A stretch of DNA of 61,855 bases, filler included. It is 14 parts of 14 records of this genome, joined end to end, with 100 filler letters (N's around TTAATTAATTAA, not from the genome) between each part and the next. Parts side by side here need not be neighbours in the genome. Positions count along the whole stretch, not along the records: positions 51,278 to 58,708 come from SRR7504441_12056; positions 58,809 to 61,855 come from SRR7504441_12061; 12 more parts are not named here. One strand, 5' to 3'. The position numbers and the translations under genes were made by a program. Below are positions 58,657 through 61,855 of the stretch, one piece after another. The notes beneath the pieces were generated by a model. The model ran no database searches, was not told where the DNA came from, and saw nothing but the letters and a program-made list of their open reading frames with translations. The first letter of the stretch is position 1. Every line of letters begins with the position of its first letter.

Positions 58657-58911
58657 CCCAGCAAGTGCGCGAGAATACTGATCAGGGGTTTGGTGGCGCT
58701 GTGCGCTTNNNNNNNNNNNNNNNNNNNNNNNNNNNNNNNNNNNNNNNNNNNNTTAATTAATTAANNNNNNNNNNNNNNNNNNNNNNNNNNNNNNNNNNNN
58801 NNNNNNNNGGGGGTGGGGGTGGCGACCGACTTTGACCATCATCAACTTCCATTGTCTGGTCTTGACTTGGAGATTTTGCCGGGGCATCCCAGGTTGATGT
58901 GCCGGAATCAA

Positions 58912-59109
58912 ATGCGGGATGAATATGGAAATCAGCTGATCCATATTGCATGCCAGAAAAACAACAAGCGTGTCTGCAAGCTCCTGCTGCGCACTCGTGC
59001 AGATATCGATTCACAAAACGACAATGGCAATACACCACTTCACTACTGCTATCAGTACAGGCATGCAGAGCTAGCTGAGTACTTGCTTTCAAAAGGAGCA
59101 GATTCCAAA
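58912..59109 (+). CDS. Ankyrin-repeat coding segment lying antisense within a minus-strand coding region
   Basis: RDEYGNQLIHIACQKNNKRVCKLLL...NGNTPLHYCYQY....LAEYLLSKGAD. Confidence 0.75.
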
Positions 59110-59289
59110 CGTAACCCTGTTGATCATAAGAGGACTGGTGATAGGCGTACTGTGGCTGCTGTGGCTGAGCCACTTGGTCGTAGTGAGGCTGCAGGCTCTG
59201 GTGTGCTGGCTCATAGTGAGGCTGCAGATTTTGATGCGCTGGCTCGTAACGATCTGTCAAACACCAAGGAGTTTAGTCTCAAGAATCTA

Positions 59290-60316
59290 GAGAGAGCAAG
59301 AAATGGCACACACCTCATCCCCAACACAGATCTTTTGACAAGCAGCAGCCAGGCTTCCAGGAACAATGGACGCCACTGTCACAGTGCCTTCTCCTTCTCT
59401 CTGGCGCAGCTGTAAACCGTATTTCTGCTCTTGGCTCTCCTTAGTAAGCTGAATCAGGGTTTCATCTTGCTTGGCAGCTACCTGCAATCAAATTGAGGGA
59501 ATATGGACAATGACAAGAGGAAGTAACCTCGTCCATTGGTTCCCTAGGAGGGTTGGCTTCACACCATTTAGCTTGGCGGGCCATCGCATACCGCAGTCCA
59601 TGAAGCCATTCTTTGACGACCTTTTCATCTGTCGCAGCAATGTCGAGCGTGCGGTCAGAAGTTGTCTGCATTGTTGGAGTAAGGGGCTTAACTGCCCATA
59701 GGGTGGACACATACCAATGAAAAGCACAGCCAAGGTTTGTGCCTATCTTTAACGTTGACTCTTTCAAATGCTTTGCTGAAGTGCCCCAGCTCAACAGTCC
59801 TCACCTCTGCCAGTGGTACAGCCTTGCTCTCGTCTAGACTTCCAGGCTTTTTCCCTGGAGCCCAGAATGTCAATACAGGAGCAAGTACGGTAGCAAGTTT
59901 GGCAGCTGACCCCATATGATACGTGCTTGTCCAACATCAACGCCCACCACACGGAAGAAACGCTCCTCTGGTGAGGCAGAGACTATTGCTCCCAAGACTG
60001 GTCTGGTGGTCGGACCCATACCAACGGGAGAACTCGGTACATCACTCGAGTCCCATGCCGAGGTGCTGACCCGATACTTGTCCGCTGGGGCCTCCTGGCA
60101 GCACTGTGTCAGCGGCGTGACGAGCGGCAGCGGGGGTGCTACATTGACGGAGAACATTGCGGGGTGCTGAGAGCCTTGCGCCGATGACTTGCCCCCTGTT
60201 GCAGTGCGCGGTAGCGGAAGCGAGGAGCTGCGCCGCTCACCGTTGAGGCCCCTTTGCCATTCAGAGACAAACACACTGACAAAAATTTCCGTTGTGGATC
60301 GTCCTCTCGAAGACAT
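59290..60316 (-). CDS. PH (PLC-like) + PDZ domain protein, multi-exon; PDZ appears truncated
   Basis: EVRTVELG..SKAF...LCFSL...RTLDIAA....VKEWLHGLRY; KYGLQL....VTVASIVPGSLAA...ICVGDE|ILE. Confidence 0.7.
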
Positions 60317-60551
60317 GGCGGTGCATTTATAAATAGAGGGGAGGATGGGCGACGGACCAATCATTCTGAGATGGCCAAACAAGGGCAAGGATTTCTCCAA
60401 GGTTGGATGCCCGGCTGGCCCTGTGGCCGCCAGCTCTGATTGGGGCCCCAGCTCACACCTGCGTTCCCACTCAATGTGGACAATCCAGGCTGCCCATGCC
60501 AACTGGTGCGCTGCTTTGCTGCCTGTAGCTTTCTGAGGCCGTTTCAACAGC

Positions 60552-61742
60552 ATGTATTACATGATGGACAGAGCAAAAGGAACCGGAGGCTACCTTCGCA
60601 GAAAAGGAATGTTGCATGAGCACAAAGCCTCCAAGCGCTTTAGGAAATGGCGTGATAAGCAACGGCAGTGGAAAATTGAGAAGGCGACGATTGAAGTAGA
60701 GACACCTTTGGAAGCTGCGTCAACAGCATCCATGTATCCGCCAACCATTGCATTCCCGGGACCAGGACGCCGAGCTGGGGTCGACACCCCAGATCTTGGT
60801 GCACCCTCAATCCACGAGGCCCGCCAGAACAAGAAGATCGACCGTATCCTGCGAAATGTACACCATGAAATGAATACAAGATTACAGGTCACAGGAAAGG
60901 TCAGAGCACGGGTTAAAGAACGGTTTGAGGATGACGAAGAGGAGGTCATGGCTCAAAAGCAAGGATTAGCGCCCGGGACGATACATCCTCGTTTTGGGAA
61001 ACATGCAGGCAAAGAGTTGCCTGGCGAAGACCTGCACATGGCCTCTCCTGGCGGCGATGGAATGCCAACAGATTCCGATGTAGATGCACAGGCTGGTGCT
61101 GCCCGAGATTTCCTCATGCAGCAACTGACAACTAAAGCACAGCAGATGGCAATGCAAAGTGCGTCTAATCACCGTGTCCGTGCACTGCTGGTAAAACAGA
61201 AGAAGGTGCGTGAAGCAACTAATCTAAATAAGAGAAAGGCTCGCAAAGCCTCCCAAATTGGGACCCGACCGCACACCGAAGGTGTTAGTCGAGGATCCCT
61301 ACACTCGTCTCCTACAAGAGCCAGTTCAACTGTGCCAGCTGCTCGTGTAGATGTTGCCCAGCAGCAGGCAGACATTATTCGTCAGCATGTCCAACAAGAC
61401 AGGGCAAGATTGAACCAGTCAGTTCAGCGTGCGGTCACGGCTGGACACCAACTTGTGCAATCTACAGTCGGAGCCACTGGTGAAATGCTCCAAGCTCAGC
61501 CCCGGCGCCCTCAAGCAAAGGCTGAAATGATGTATAAAGCACACCTTCTCCAGGATTGGGACTCAGGTGACAGTGCACAGCTACGAGTTGCTGCGGGGGA
61601 AATTGTTTTCATCATTCAGGAGGCAGGGCTAGGATTCTTTGACTGCATGAATCAGAATGGCATTGTGGGGAGACTCCCTCAAGACATAGTTCAATTTGAC
61701 GAAGCAGTCCCTAAGACTAGACCAACTGACATGCCAATCTGA
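60552..61742 (+). CDS. Protein with C-terminal SH3 domain; intronless
   Basis: YKAHLLQDWDSGDSAQLRVAAGEIVFIIQE...FFDCMNQNGIVGRLPQDIVQ. Confidence 0.75.
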   Translation: MYYMMDRAKGTGGYLRRKGMLHEHKASKRFRKWRDKQRQWKIEKATIEVETPLEAASTASMYPPTIAFPGPGRRAGVDTPDLGAPSIHEARQNKKIDRILRNVHHEMNTRLQVTGKVRARVKERFEDDEEEVMAQKQGLAPGTIHPRFGKHAGKELPGEDLHMASPGGDGMPTDSDVDAQAGAARDFLMQQLTTKAQQMAMQSASNHRVRALLVKQKKVREATNLNKRKARKASQIGTRPHTEGVSRGSLHSSPTRASSTVPAARVDVAQQQADIIRQHVQQDRARLNQSVQRAVTAGHQLVQSTVGATGEMLQAQPRRPQAKAEMMYKAHLLQDWDSGDSAQLRVAAGEIVFIIQEAGLGFFDCMNQNGIVGRLPQDIVQFDEAVPKTRPTDMPI

Positions 61743-61855
61743 GAGCGAAGCGCCAGGTTCCTTTGTCTAGGTAGTACCCCATGATCAAATCAGGAGCAGA
61801 AAAGAATCGACGGAGTCTAGACGGTCGGGAGTCATCTACAATAAACTACAATAAA

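Overview
The window is 14 short contigs of a GC-rich, gene-dense unicellular eukaryote (MAG- or SAG-like), joined by artificial 100-nt N/TTAATTAATTAA/N linkers. Gene order across linkers is therefore meaningless. About 30 protein-coding genes can be reconstructed once very short (mostly 26-50 nt) spliceosomal introns are removed. They include an Aha1-N protein, a bacterial-type SelU/MnmH, GH2 and GH78 glycosidases, COX5B, an ABCG transporter, RNase T2, MSH5, a polyprenyl synthase, cytosolic carboxypeptidase, and LCAT-like, ARM, ankyrin, DCX, CAP and SH3 proteins. The most unusual signals are in the introns. (1) A family of AT-rich 'TAGTA' introns shares a core sequence, and several end in long (up to 25 nt) copies of the neighbouring exon, which looks like ongoing intron creation. 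(2) Helically phased (10-11 nt) arrays of a Myb-like YAACGG motif fill many tiny introns in both orientations, and the same motif sits in most very compact promoters. (3) GC-AG introns are frequent. There is also an ankyrin segment apparently inverted between 6-bp inverted repeats, and a LINE reverse-transcriptase fragment fused to a host ORF; both could be amplification or assembly chimeras. All gene models and family calls were made by eye, with no database searches.
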